A stretch of 64,000 nt of DNA, from sequence record MK250019.1; one strand, 5' to 3'. Made by a program: the position numbers and the translations under genes. Each line of letters begins with the position of its first letter. The first letter of the stretch is position 1. The notes below the pieces were generated by a model. It was given only the letters and a program-made list of their open reading frames with translations. It did no database searches and was not told the DNA's origin. Positions 46,415 to 57,024 of the stretch are shown here, piece after piece.

Positions 46415-46948
46415 TTAATAAATTTTTGTAAAATTATCATAAAAATCTTCTGCATGTCTTACAAAATATGGTCCATCTGGACAATCATCATATAATGCTT
46501 TATAAAGAATAAGATTATTATTTTTTCGCCAATAATAATTATTTCTTTCTATATATTCGCCATCAATACAATCAGGTTCAATATCAAGATCTTTAAATAA
46601 AATATTTTCTTGAATAACCTCATATTCTCGATGATCAAAATCTTTTGCATTATTGTATATATAATGTCCTATACCCGTTTTTGATTCACATATATGTTCA
46701 GTAGTATACCAAAAATCATTAAAATCATAATGTTCATCTGGAACTTTATCTTTATTCATATATTGTTTTTCAACATGCAATTTTGTTACTGTACATTTTG
46801 CATAACTTCCAAACCAACATATTTCAAATATTGTTTCATTATAGAATTCATATATGTTTAATATTCTTTTTGGTTCAACTAGTAAAGGAAATTCTTTACA
46901 TTTATGAAATATATAATCTCCAATTTTTAATTCATTGAATGTTTTCAT
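46415..46948 (-). CDS. Hypothetical protein with a C-terminal DUF1653-like segment
   Basis: ILYKALY...YFVR..EDF. Confidence 0.6.
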   Translation of the reverse strand: MKTFNELKIGDYIFHKCKEFPLLVEPKRILNIYEFYNETIFEICWFGSYAKCTVTKLHVEKQYMNKDKVPDEHYDFNDFWYTTEHICESKTGIGHYIYNNAKDFDHREYEVIQENILFKDLDIEPDCIDGEYIERNNYYWRKNNNLILYKALYDDCPDGPYFVRHAEDFYDNFTKIY

Positions 46949-46952
46949 ATTA

Positions 46953-47633
46953 TTAACTTATAATAGATAAAATATTTTCTATTTGATTAAATAAACTTTC
47001 TTGGTGTTCATCAATTAATTTTAATGAATATGATAATTTCATATCTTTCCATGAATCCATAAGAAATTTAATATGGTTTCCTAAAAATAATTTCCAATCA
47101 TTAATACGTAATTCATCTTTTAGACCTATTGCGCATTGTGTAAAATAATCGGATGAAAATGAAACGAGTATATCACATTCTCTTAATATACGTTGATATA
47201 AATTAAGTTTATCATCTTCTATAACATATGGATAACATGTTGCTATGATATTATCATGAACAATTTCTTTAATTCGTTCAACTGTATCTATATCATTAGG
47301 GAATTCTCTTGTAAAATAATCTTCCATAATTTTACATGCATTACTTACATTTATATCATCTGTAAATCTTCCTGCACTATGATTAAAATCATGAAATATT
47401 GCAGATACAAGCAAAATATATAAACCTTCTGAATCTAATTTAAATTCATAATCATCTTTTTGACTTTCCTCATATATACAACATATATGATACATCATTG
47501 ATAATGTATGATTAGCATTATGATATGGATTAGAAAGTGTTATACAGTTATTAACATAAAAAGAAAATATTTTCTTTAAATTATCATTTCCATTAATGAA
47601 ATTAAATACTTTATTATAATCTATATTAATCAT
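46953..47633 (-). CDS. HD-domain phosphohydrolase (PDEase-like)
   Basis: PYHNANH, LLVSAIFHDFNH, RECDIL. Confidence 0.8.
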   Translation of the reverse strand: MINIDYNKVFNFINGNDNLKKIFSFYVNNCITLSNPYHNANHTLSMMYHICCIYEESQKDDYEFKLDSEGLYILLVSAIFHDFNHSAGRFTDDINVSNACKIMEDYFTREFPNDIDTVERIKEIVHDNIIATCYPYVIEDDKLNLYQRILRECDILVSFSSDYFTQCAIGLKDELRINDWKLFLGNHIKFLMDSWKDMKLSYSLKLIDEHQESLFNQIENILSIIS

Positions 47634-47682
47634 TTTTAAATTTATTTTTTAACTTATATTTTCTTATATATGTATGAATATA

Positions 47683-47720
47683 AAAAGTCCTGATTAACAT
47701 TCGAATTAATCAGGACTTTT
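47683..47720. terminator. Intrinsic terminator
   Basis: 15-bp stem aaaagtcctgattaa/ttaatcaggactttt downstream of the prohead protease gene. Confidence 0.9.
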
Positions 47721-47753
47721 ATATATATTTAACATAATTTTATTTAATATTAA

Positions 47754-49508
47754 TTAAATATTATCATATGTTTGCTCAAGAATCTTTGCATAATCCATAT
47801 GGTAACCAAGTGGATGTTCTGATTCCTGTACAGGTTTCATAATAGGTTTTTGTGCAACTTTATAACGACGAACGAATTCTTCATTCATTACTCGCTGTGC
47901 TTCTCTTGTACGAAGACCTGTTTTCTCCCAGAATTCATCTACATCTTGTTTATTTTCGAGAACCCAGTAACGAGCCATATTTTCAATTGCATCCTGCTCT
48001 TGAAGTGGTGCTTTTGTATAAAGTTCAATATCTTTAGGATCTGCTAATCTTAACCAGTTTTTGAGAACACGTTTTTCTGCAAGTAGAGGAACATTCCATT
48101 GATTGTTAATATCTTCTATCTTATAGATATTATGTTCAACTACATATTTCATACACTTCTTTTTCTGTGTAGGTTTAAGAGCTGCAAATTTAGCAAAATT
48201 TTCAGGAGATAATGAAATAGAGAATGGATAACGTGAAACAATTTGTTCTTTAATACTTTCTTTCTTTTCAAGATTATCAAGGAGATCCTGGAATTCTTCC
48301 ATATCTTTTTCCGTTTTTGCTGCAATTCTTTCTGCTTTTTCTGTAGATGTTTTTGAGTCTTCATCAGCTGGAACTGCATCATCTGCATCATCATTTGCAG
48401 TATCTGTATCAGAAACATCTTCTGAATCATCTGACTTATCTGCATCACCATCATCGGCTTTATCTTCATCTGACTGTCCTTCAATGTCGATAATATCCGC
48501 ACGTTTTTCATCTTTATCATCACTGTCTTCATCAGATGATTCACCATCAGCATCTTCTGATGTAATATCAAGAATTAAGGCACGCTTCTTCTGTTTCTCT
48601 TCATCTGTTGGTTCTGACTTATTATCATCTGTAGATGCATTTGTATCATTATCCTTATTATCATCTGATTTATCATCTTTACTATTACTATTAGATGATG
48701 AATTATCTGCACCATCAGGTGTTACATCGGCTTCAGGTAATTTGAATTCTTCTTCATCTTCCTCAAGTAATGGTTTAGATAAATCTTTTAAGTTAACTGG
48801 CTTGTTTTTCATTTCCATACATTTTTCATTAATTGGTGCTTCTTGCTCTAATTCATTAACAGTAACGCCTTCCATAAGAACTTTATATTTCTTATTAGTT
48901 GTTTCTTTCTGTGATTTTTGAGCAGAAACAGATTCATTAAGATATGACATAGTATTTACACCAAGTGATTCATTGATTCTATCAAGACGTGCTTCTGCAA
49001 AACCTGGTGTACATACAATATCATAAGTGAATATTTGAGCGATTTCAACTTCATGTGTTTTTTCATCTACATCACCAGCAGCACGAGAAGATACAAATAA
49101 AGGATAACCAGCTTCAACTAATTCCTGGGCGATTTTACCGTTTGGCGTATCAAGGATTTCAAGTTTTCCCATTACATTATGGTTTTCCTGATCATACCAA
49201 AGATCTGTAATTTTATGAGAGGCTTCTTTTAATTGAATATCAAAACGTCCTTCAGGATGATCTAATTCACCAAGAATTGAACCACTTTGTTTAATCATTT
49301 CACGTAAATATCCAAGATGACGTAAAACTTCCTTTTCAGGATAACTTCTATTGTTTCTGTTAATTACAACATGTCCAGGTACAGAGCATGCAGTAAAAAC
49401 ACCAGAGAATATATATTTCTTATTATTTGGTGTACTGTCAAAGGCTTCATTAAGAGTAAGAGGCTGCAATGACTTACTTTTTATCATTAATTTACTATTC
49501 TTTGTCAT
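47754..49508 (-). CDS. T4 gp21-like prohead core protease with a long acidic, scaffold-like C-terminal extension
   Basis: NRNNRSYP, LGELDHP, ASHKIT, GKLEILDTPNG, VSSRAAG, TYDIVCTPGF, followed by an Asp/Ser-rich low-complexity region. Confidence 0.9.
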   Translation of the reverse strand: MTKNSKLMIKSKSLQPLTLNEAFDSTPNNKKYIFSGVFTACSVPGHVVINRNNRSYPEKEVLRHLGYLREMIKQSGSILGELDHPEGRFDIQLKEASHKITDLWYDQENHNVMGKLEILDTPNGKIAQELVEAGYPLFVSSRAAGDVDEKTHEVEIAQIFTYDIVCTPGFAEARLDRINESLGVNTMSYLNESVSAQKSQKETTNKKYKVLMEGVTVNELEQEAPINEKCMEMKNKPVNLKDLSKPLLEEDEEEFKLPEADVTPDGADNSSSNSNSKDDKSDDNKDNDTNASTDDNKSEPTDEEKQKKRALILDITSEDADGESSDEDSDDKDEKRADIIDIEGQSDEDKADDGDADKSDDSEDVSDTDTANDDADDAVPADEDSKTSTEKAERIAAKTEKDMEEFQDLLDNLEKKESIKEQIVSRYPFSISLSPENFAKFAALKPTQKKKCMKYVVEHNIYKIEDINNQWNVPLLAEKRVLKNWLRLADPKDIELYTKAPLQEQDAIENMARYWVLENKQDVDEFWEKTGLRTREAQRVMNEEFVRRYKVAQKPIMKPVQESEHPLGYHMDYAKILEQTYDNI

Positions 49509-49720
49509 ATAAACAAAATAATTCTTATTTTTATTATTTATTCATTCTATATATTTATTAAAAATGCAATTTAAAATAAATATTTAAATATGATATAACT
49601 ATAATGAATAAAAATATAAAACATTTATTAGAATATATTGTTAACGAAGAAAAAATATATATAAAAGAGAACAGAAATAGTTAAATTCTTCAACTAAATA
49701 AAAAGTAAATGGATAACTTA

Positions 49721-50332
49721 TCATCGAGATAAGTTATCCATTTTTTGTTTACAATTATCAAATATGTTTTTAAGTTTTGTACAAAATGAATCAATATCAT
49801 CAGGTGAATATCCATTAAAGGTAATTTCCCATAAAACTTCAGCAATAATTGTATTTTTATTGAAATTCTTTAAGGTATCTGGGTGAATATTCAAATACAA
49901 AACATTACACCAATCCATAAGATCTATTGCATAACTAACATCTCTTTCTTTAATAAAACCAGATACATTGATATATTCATCATGATTTCCTAAATATTCA
50001 TCAATTACTGTATTTAAACATATGTACATATTAAATGATGGTTTAATAGGCTTCATATTAGTTAAAATTTGAAATGCTTGTTTATAACCATCAATATTTT
50101 TCTTTTCATCATGATGATGTACATACATTGCATTCATAATATCATTAAATGATGAATTCATTATTAATTCCTTAAAAGAAATAGTACGATCATTATTTCT
50201 TTTTGGACATGTATTTAATGTATTCAATGGTCTAATGTTATTTAGAGTCGGTTGAATTAAGTTGTATTTACAACCATGATGAGAACAATTCTTACACCAA
50301 ATTTTCCCAATTTTACAATAATTCTTACTCAT
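49721..50332 (-). CDS. Hypothetical protein (possibly DUF6557-like)
   Basis: YAIDLMDW...IIAEVLWEITFNG; the family call is from memory. Confidence 0.55.
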   Translation of the reverse strand: MSKNYCKIGKIWCKNCSHHGCKYNLIQPTLNNIRPLNTLNTCPKRNNDRTISFKELIMNSSFNDIMNAMYVHHHDEKKNIDGYKQAFQILTNMKPIKPSFNMYICLNTVIDEYLGNHDEYINVSGFIKERDVSYAIDLMDWCNVLYLNIHPDTLKNFNKNTIIAEVLWEITFNGYSPDDIDSFCTKLKNIFDNCKQKMDNLSR

Positions 50333-50484
50333 AATTATTATTTTTTATTCACCTTATTTAAATATTCTTGTTTCATACACATATCAATATATTCATCTTC
50401 TAACATACCTCCGATGAAATCACAAAAACATTCTTTAAATTTTATGAAAAACTTTTTCATATAAATATTAATTTTAATTATAAC

Positions 50485-50520
50485 AATACAAAGATACATA
50501 ATTATTTTTAAATAAAAAAA
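50485..50520 (-). promoter_or_regulatory. Bacteroidota-type promoter, class I
   Basis: Exact 14-mer copy. Confidence 0.8.
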
Positions 50521-50581
50521 TAGTTTAATGTAAATTTTATAATAAAACTATATTTTTTTAGAAAAATATCAAATATTTATA

Positions 50582-51967
50582 TTAATGCTTATTTATTTTT
50601 ATTTTATTTGAAATTGTTATCATTGCATTTTTCCCTTTTATAGATAACACACGTTTAGTCTGATTATTTAATACTTTAGGCGCTGTATATTCATCAAATG
50701 ATTTTATACTTTTACCGTCATCTGTTATATATTCTTGTGGTAAAAGTACGTAAATAGTATCAATATATATACTATTCTTATAAATAATGTAAGATATTAT
50801 TATTCCTAAATCATTTTCTGCACGTATAGGATCATTTATTGAATTTGATATATTTTTCTTCTATATAATTTTTATTTGTGTTTTATATGTCTAATTATCT
50901 AACGTAATAGTACCATCATATATTCTCTAACCATTTTTTGCTTGCTCTATATTATCCTGTCCATATAATTTAGCATTTATATCATTTAAAGACTTACTTA
51001 TACATTTTATAATAGCATCTTCTACCATTAGTCCAGCATACTAACCTAAATGTTTATATAATTTATATGATTCACTATTATCTACATATGGTATATCACA
51101 TGATAATTGTATATTTTTAATAAGTGGTATGCTGTCTTTTTCCATTTTTTGCATTAAATTAAATAATACATCTGATAATTTTGCATATTGTTCAGCATTA
51201 ACATCGTTAGTAATAGTAGTTTCATTGATAACACCCTCATATATAAGTTTAATATCATTACTTGTTAATTTATGATAAGATTCTTTAATCGATATAGGTT
51301 CAACTCTACTAGAAAAATCTTCGATACATTGTTTTGTATCAAATTCTATATTTCTACCAAGTCCTCTTAATTTATTAAGGTCTTTTTCCTTATCTAATAT
51401 ACCATCTTTAACCAATTGTTTAAATGCATACATATCATCTGATATAAAAGTTTTACCACCTTTCTTCCATTCATCTGTATATGTTTCAGATTTATGATCA
51501 TATTTAGGATCACAATTACCAAATAAACGTTTTACGTCTTTTCTGTATGCATTTCCTTTTTCTGGTATATAACATCTGAATTGTTTACCATCATAATATA
51601 CCATAATACATATAGGACATTCCCAGTCACCACCAGCATACATAATAATATATGGACATCCTTTTACTGTTCTAAGACTACCACTGATTTCAAAATTTTC
51701 CCAATCTGGTTTAATATCTTTAAAGTCTTTATGAATAGTAGATTTATCATCATAATATGATTGTCTGACTGCACGTGGTAAAGTTGCAATAATTTTATTT
51801 GATGCATTTGTATTGTTTATTTTATCAACTGTATATTCGTCATCTTTACAAACATTTAATATAAATGCTTTAGCTTTTTCAACAAACTAAGTTTCACTTA
51901 GTTTTGCAATTTTTCTACCACCTTTTCTTAATTTTATATTGTTATATAATGAATAATATTTACTCAT
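50582..51967 (-). CDS. Hypothetical protein, 461 aa, 5 in-frame TAG
   Basis: ORF 51041-51643 extends upstream to ATG 51967 and downstream to TAA 50582, crossing only TAG. Contains internal IKES/IYEG/INET motifs. Confidence 0.8.
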
Positions 51968-51969
51968 AA

Positions 51970-53355
51970 TTAATTTTGTTTAATTTTATTAATCTCATTA
52001 TTAATGTTTAACAAGAATTTCTTAAATTCATTGATATTCCATCCTGTATATGAATTAAACTCTTCATATTTAATATCTAACGATAATAATTCTCGTTTAA
52101 TATAATATTCTATATTAGTATTATCTACAATTTCTTTTATATCGTATAAGTCATTAACAACTTTATTTTTTATAAGAATTTTCATTGGTGGAAATCCGTC
52201 TCCTTTGTTAACATTATCTTCTGAAACTTCTGAACATATATCATATAATAATTCAAATTCACTGTATGTTAATACATCTATTGTTAATAAATCTTCATTT
52301 TGATATGTATCTGGATCCTATCCTTCTAATGTGATAATATCTTCTAAATCCATAAAATAATCATCATCTGTTAAATGATTAATTGCATCAATATCGATGT
52401 TTACTCTATATATTTTAGGATAATAATGGTTATCCCCACCATCACCATATTCAAATTCACCTACATCAAACTGTTCTGTACTTCTATCAAATCCAAGTTT
52501 TAAGAAATCCCATTCATCCAATACTCTTGCAGATTTATGTTCTTTCTATGTTTTTGTACCTGTATCATACAGATCAAAATAACCGTTTTTAAATGAACGT
52601 AAATCAATTAATGATAAATCCTAATTAAATGATGTACAACCATATAGTAAATAACTTATATCCATATTTTTTGTTATATTCCATTTCTATATAGGCTAAT
52701 TGAATTTTCTACAATTATAAAACATATATGATAAATTTTCAGCACTAGATATATCCCAATTACTTATATCCTAATTAAATGATGAACACCCATAAAACAT
52801 AGAATCAAATCTTGTAACTTTACTTACATTCCAATTACTAATATTGCTGTTGAACGTTGAACATTCATAAAACATATTTACCATTGATGTTACTTTAGAT
52901 GTATCCCATTTACTTAAATCACAAATATCTTTACATCCGTTAAATGTACCAACCATGGATGTTACATGTGATGTATCCCAATCTGAAACATCCCAAAATA
53001 TATACTGTCTGTTAAATGTACCCACATTAAATAATTGGTCTAACATTGTAACATTAGAAATATCAAGCCAATTTAAATTAAAAGCATCAACTTTATCTTT
53101 ATATAATTGTTGTTTTATATCTGCTATTATATGAACCAATTCACTAAAATCTTTTACTTTATATTTAAATGCATCCTAACATACTAATTCTAAATCATCA
53201 TCAGATACAACCATACCTTTTAATAATTGTTCATGTATTTTTTTAGCATCATCTTCTAATAAATCATTAGTCATACTTATGTTATCATCATTAAATAATT
53301 CATCATCGTCATCATCAAATAACGATTCTAATAATTTCTTTATTTCTTTAATCAT
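51970..53355 (-). CDS. BspA-like / DUF285 leucine-rich-repeat protein, 461 aa, TAG=Gln
   Basis: Three fragments share one frame. Repeats W[DN]xSxVTxMxxMFxxCxxFN(TAG=Q)[DP]; acidic leader MIKEIKKLLESLFDDDDE. Confidence 0.88.
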
Positions 53356-53382
53356 AAAAATAATATGTGTATTTTTTAATAA

Positions 53383-53709
53383 TTACCAATGATAACCTAA
53401 TTCTGCACCCATTGCAGCTAATACAAGTCTCGATGTTAGTAAATTTCCTAATGTACCTTTTTCATCTATACCTAAACATTTACATATAGCTTTCATAATA
53501 CTCTACCCAATTGTTGATGAAACTGCACTTCCCAATAATGCTGTAAATAAACCTTCATCTACTATATCATCTAAAGGAACACCTTCTTTTTTTGCAATTT
53601 CATTTGCTTCAACAATATAATCATATACTTTTTTACTATCCATTATTTGCTTAGGTGTATAATTACTTAAATCAATACCTTCAAATAAATTATTATATTT
53701 TTCACTCAT
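53383..53709 (-). CDS. Small hydrophobic protein, 108 aa, 1 in-frame TAG
   Basis: Reads through TAG 53503 to TAA 53383. Confidence 0.75.
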
Positions 53710-53845
53710 AATAGTTATTATTTTAGTTAGCTTATTTTAAGATATTTATTTTTAATAATAAATAAGTTAAATAAATAATAAAAAGATAATTCAACTATAT
53801 GAATTGTTTTTATAAAAGTAAAAAATAATTTTCGAAAATTATAAT

Positions 53846-55096
53846 ATGAAAAAAACAACAAAAACTGTAAATAGCATGAGAAGTCAGAAAGCACTTTATA
53901 ATGCTATTATGGAATCAGTAACTCCTCAGATTGCTAGATTAGTAAAAGAAGCGGAGGAAGCAGATGATGAAGACAAAGCATCTGATGATGTAAAGGATGC
54001 AGAGAAAAATGAATCAAATGATGTTGATGAAGCAGCACTTAATGAACTTTTTGGTTTTGGTTCATCTGTACAGAAACCAGAGAAAGCATTATCTCTTGAA
54101 AATTCTGATGATGAAAATGCAGATTTATTTATTGCATGGTGTGCATACTATATGTCTAAATGTAGTAATGACGCAAAGAAAGGAATGGATGCATTTTTTA
54201 AAGCTTCTGGTGATGTTATTAAGAAAGCACCTATGATGATTGTAAAAGGTATTCTTAAGTTAATGTCAGGTGCAATTAAAGGTTCTGTATTTGGTGTAAG
54301 TACAGTTGCAGCTGTTGTTCTTGGTAGTATCTCTATGTTGGTACGTTTAATAGTTTCTGGTGTAGAAAAAGCAAAGGAAGCACTTGCACAATTATATAAA
54401 ACAATTAGTCAAGGTATTACTACATTCTATAAGAATTTTACTGGTGGTGCAGAGAAGATGGCATAGGATTCATCAGATAAATTAACTGTATGGCTTGGTG
54501 TTATTTCTGGTGCACTTATGGCATGTGCAAATAAGGTTCAAGGTGCAGTTGAAACATTAGGTAATTTCTTTAAACAAGTTCTTGCAGATGCAAAGGCAAA
54601 GAAAGATGGAGCTGTTCTTCTTGTGAAGACATGGTTACAGGCGAAATCAGAAGCAGTTAAATCATGGATTACTGAAACCGGTGGTGAGATTCGTAAGACT
54701 GTTATTGAAGCATGGAATGCAATGGATAAGAAAGTTCGTAATGCATATGATAAAGTTGCAAAGAAACTTGAAGACTGGATGAATGATATTAAGGAATTAG
54801 TTCAGGAAATCGGTACAAAAATTTCTGATGCTGCAGATAAAGCAAAGGATGTTGTTATTGATAAGAAAGATAAGGCACTTGTATGGGGTATTCAGAAAGG
54901 TGTTAAGGGACTTTCAAAGAATTATACAGAAGATCAAGTTGTAGCACTTGTTCGTAAATGTTATAATGAGTCTGTTGTACCTAATACAAGAACCGGTAAT
55001 ATTGTTATCAATGAAGCATATTTACATGCAAAAGGTTCTAGAGCACGTGTACTTTATGAAAGAAAACAAGCACGTCGTGGAAAACTTTTAAAATGA
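53846..55096 (+). CDS. Amphipathic helical protein, 416 aa, 1 in-frame TAG (possible internal virion / ejection protein)
   Basis: ORFs 53846 and 54518 are in frame and separated by a single TAG; ends at TGA. Central hydrophobic segment. Confidence 0.75.
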
Positions 55097-55117
55097 TTTT
55101 AATTAATATATAATGAA

Positions 55118-55152
55118 AAAGAGATAAATCTATCGAATAGATTTATCTCTTT
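55118..55152. terminator. Bidirectional intrinsic terminator
   Basis: 15-bp stem aaagagataaatcta/tagatttatctcttt. Confidence 0.9.
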
Positions 55153-55157
55153 ATTTT

Positions 55158-55385
55158 TTATAATGTAAATGTAGAATATTGTTGTATTGTGTCTACAGTT
55201 TGTTGTGCAACTGGAATTTTATATTTAATCAATAATTCAATTAATTGTCGTTGTGTCAATTCAATTTTATCAGATTTAACATAAACATATTCTGTACGAA
55301 CACCTGTTTTGCTTAAATCAATAGGTTTGCACTTTTTATCTTCCGTATCAATACTTTTAATATTACTGAAATCAATCGAAATCAT
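55158..55385 (-). CDS. Hypothetical protein
   Basis: Clean ORF. Confidence 0.65.
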   Translation of the reverse strand: MISIDFSNIKSIDTEDKKCKPIDLSKTGVRTEYVYVKSDKIELTQRQLIELLIKYKIPVAQQTVDTIQQYSTFTL

Positions 55386-55414
55386 ATATAAACTAATTAT
55401 TTTTAATTATTTAT

Positions 55415-55690
55415 TTATGCAGATTCTCTCATTTGCCTTTCTTTATTCCAACGCTCAAATTCCCTATTTAATTTTTTAACAGACGCTGGTGATTTACCAA
55501 ATTTTAAGTCTCTAATAAATAATGGTAATTTCTTTTCAGCATCTTCTTTTATCTGTTTTTTATGAAGTCTATTTTCTCGTAGAATCCCTGCATGAATTAA
55601 ACCATTATAATGCTTTTTACTTCGGACAATAGATTCATCAATAACTTTCTTTTTATTAGAAATTACTTTTCGATTAAAAACTTTTCTCAT
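55415..55690 (-). CDS. Basic hypothetical protein
   Basis: Clean ORF with IDES and MRES motifs. Confidence 0.65.
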   Translation of the reverse strand: MRKVFNRKVISNKKKVIDESIVRSKKHYNGLIHAGILRENRLHKKQIKEDAEKKLPLFIRDLKFGKSPASVKKLNREFERWNKERQMRESA

Positions 55691-55693
55691 ATT

Positions 55694-55918
55694 TTAATAA
55701 GGATCAATTTTTATATATTTAGATAACATTTTATTTAAATCTAAATATGGTTCTATATCAATATAATTACTTTTATTTTTAAAATTATTTTGTAATTTTT
55801 GTTTTAGTTTTTCTTTCTCTTTTTCTGATATATAATTGTTATATGAGTCATTAAGTATTTTATAAATAAGGTCTATTAACTTATTAATGTTATTATTCTT
55901 TTCTCTGAATTTAATCAT
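55694..55918 (-). CDS. Small protein with MIKF-type N-terminus
   Basis: MIKFREKNN. Confidence 0.65.
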   Translation of the reverse strand: MIKFREKNNNINKLIDLIYKILNDSYNNYISEKEKEKLKQKLQNNFKNKSNYIDIEPYLDLNKMLSKYIKIDPY

Positions 55919-55920
55919 AA

Positions 55921-56490
55921 TTATTTAAAAACTTTAAATAAACCCATAAATTTCTTTTGCTTCATCTTTTCAATTTCTTGTTTAAGATCTGTATTTTCAT
56001 TTTCAAGTTCTTTATTTTTCTTCTTAATGTCGATATAAAGATTTTCAATTTGTTCAAGATCTTGCTTATAATAATTGAATGCATTTTGATGTTCTTCTTT
56101 ATTACAATGATTTATACATTTAACAAACATTTCAATAAGGAGAACAGATGATTCTTTTTGCAAATCTACTAACATTGCATTTTTTCTATCAATGTCATTA
56201 TCGAAATCGAGACCTTCATATTCTTGTGTTTTCTTTGCAAGAATTGCAGTTGATCTTATTTGATATTCATTAAATAAATCTTGAATAAATTTTCTGATAC
56301 TATTAATTATATCTATTTCTTCTTTTGTTTTACCTTCAAGATCTTTTGCATCCCAATTAATTTGAGAACATACATTTTCAGGATTTGTGCCAGCTTCTTT
56401 AATTGCATCAAGTTCTTCCTGTATGTTACTTAATTCATTTTGAAATAATGATTTAATAATTTTATCTCGCTTTGTACTTAAATTTTCCAT
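55921..56490 (-). CDS. Coiled-coil hypothetical protein
   Basis: Clean ORF. Confidence 0.7.
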   Translation of the reverse strand: MENLSTKRDKIIKSLFQNELSNIQEELDAIKEAGTNPENVCSQINWDAKDLEGKTKEEIDIINSIRKFIQDLFNEYQIRSTAILAKKTQEYEGLDFDNDIDRKNAMLVDLQKESSVLLIEMFVKCINHCNKEEHQNAFNYYKQDLEQIENLYIDIKKKNKELENENTDLKQEIEKMKQKKFMGLFKVFK

Positions 56491-56549
56491 CTTATAATTA
56501 TTTACTATTATATAAATTATATAATTATTTTCTTAATATGTTTATTTTT

Positions 56550-56945
56550 TTATTCTGTTAATTCATAATATGTCAATACTTTACAATATCCACAATCCCA
56601 TGAATCATAATAAAATCCATTTATACATGCTACTACATGTCCTCTTAAATTTAATAAAAAATGACCATTATTATGTTGTTTAACAAATTCACTTACTGTT
56701 AAACGATGTTGTCCTTTATGCAGTTTTCCAAATGAACGTTTAATATAACCATGATTCTTTAACCAAAGTTCTATAATTTTCCATTCATTTGGCATTCGTT
56801 TCTTCTTTCTACCTAAATCACAAAGTTCATCATAACATGTTATCCAATCTCTATCAGTCAATTTCATCATTGCACGTATTGCACAATCATCTGCATTCTT
56901 CTTTTGTGATTCAAATTTTATATAACGGTCATTCATAATAAACAA
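56550..56945 (-). CDS. Hypothetical protein with a papain-like Cys/His/Asp motif pattern
   Basis: DDCAIRA...GHVVACI.G.YYDSWD. Confidence 0.55.
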   Translation of the reverse strand: MFIMNDRYIKFESQKKNADDCAIRAMMKLTDRDWITCYDELCDLGRKKKRMPNEWKIIELWLKNHGYIKRSFGKLHKGQHRLTVSEFVKQHNNGHFLLNLRGHVVACINGFYYDSWDCGYCKVLTYYELTE

Positions 56946-57024
56946 TATAAATTTATATAATAATATATTAAACTATTTCTTAAAACGATAAAATCTGGAA
57001 ACACACCATTCCCAGATTTTACTA

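Noticed and set aside
48149-48921. Gln/Met-rich (-) and Ser-rich (+) ORFs
   Set aside because: Alternative-frame shadows of the Asp-rich region of the prohead protease.
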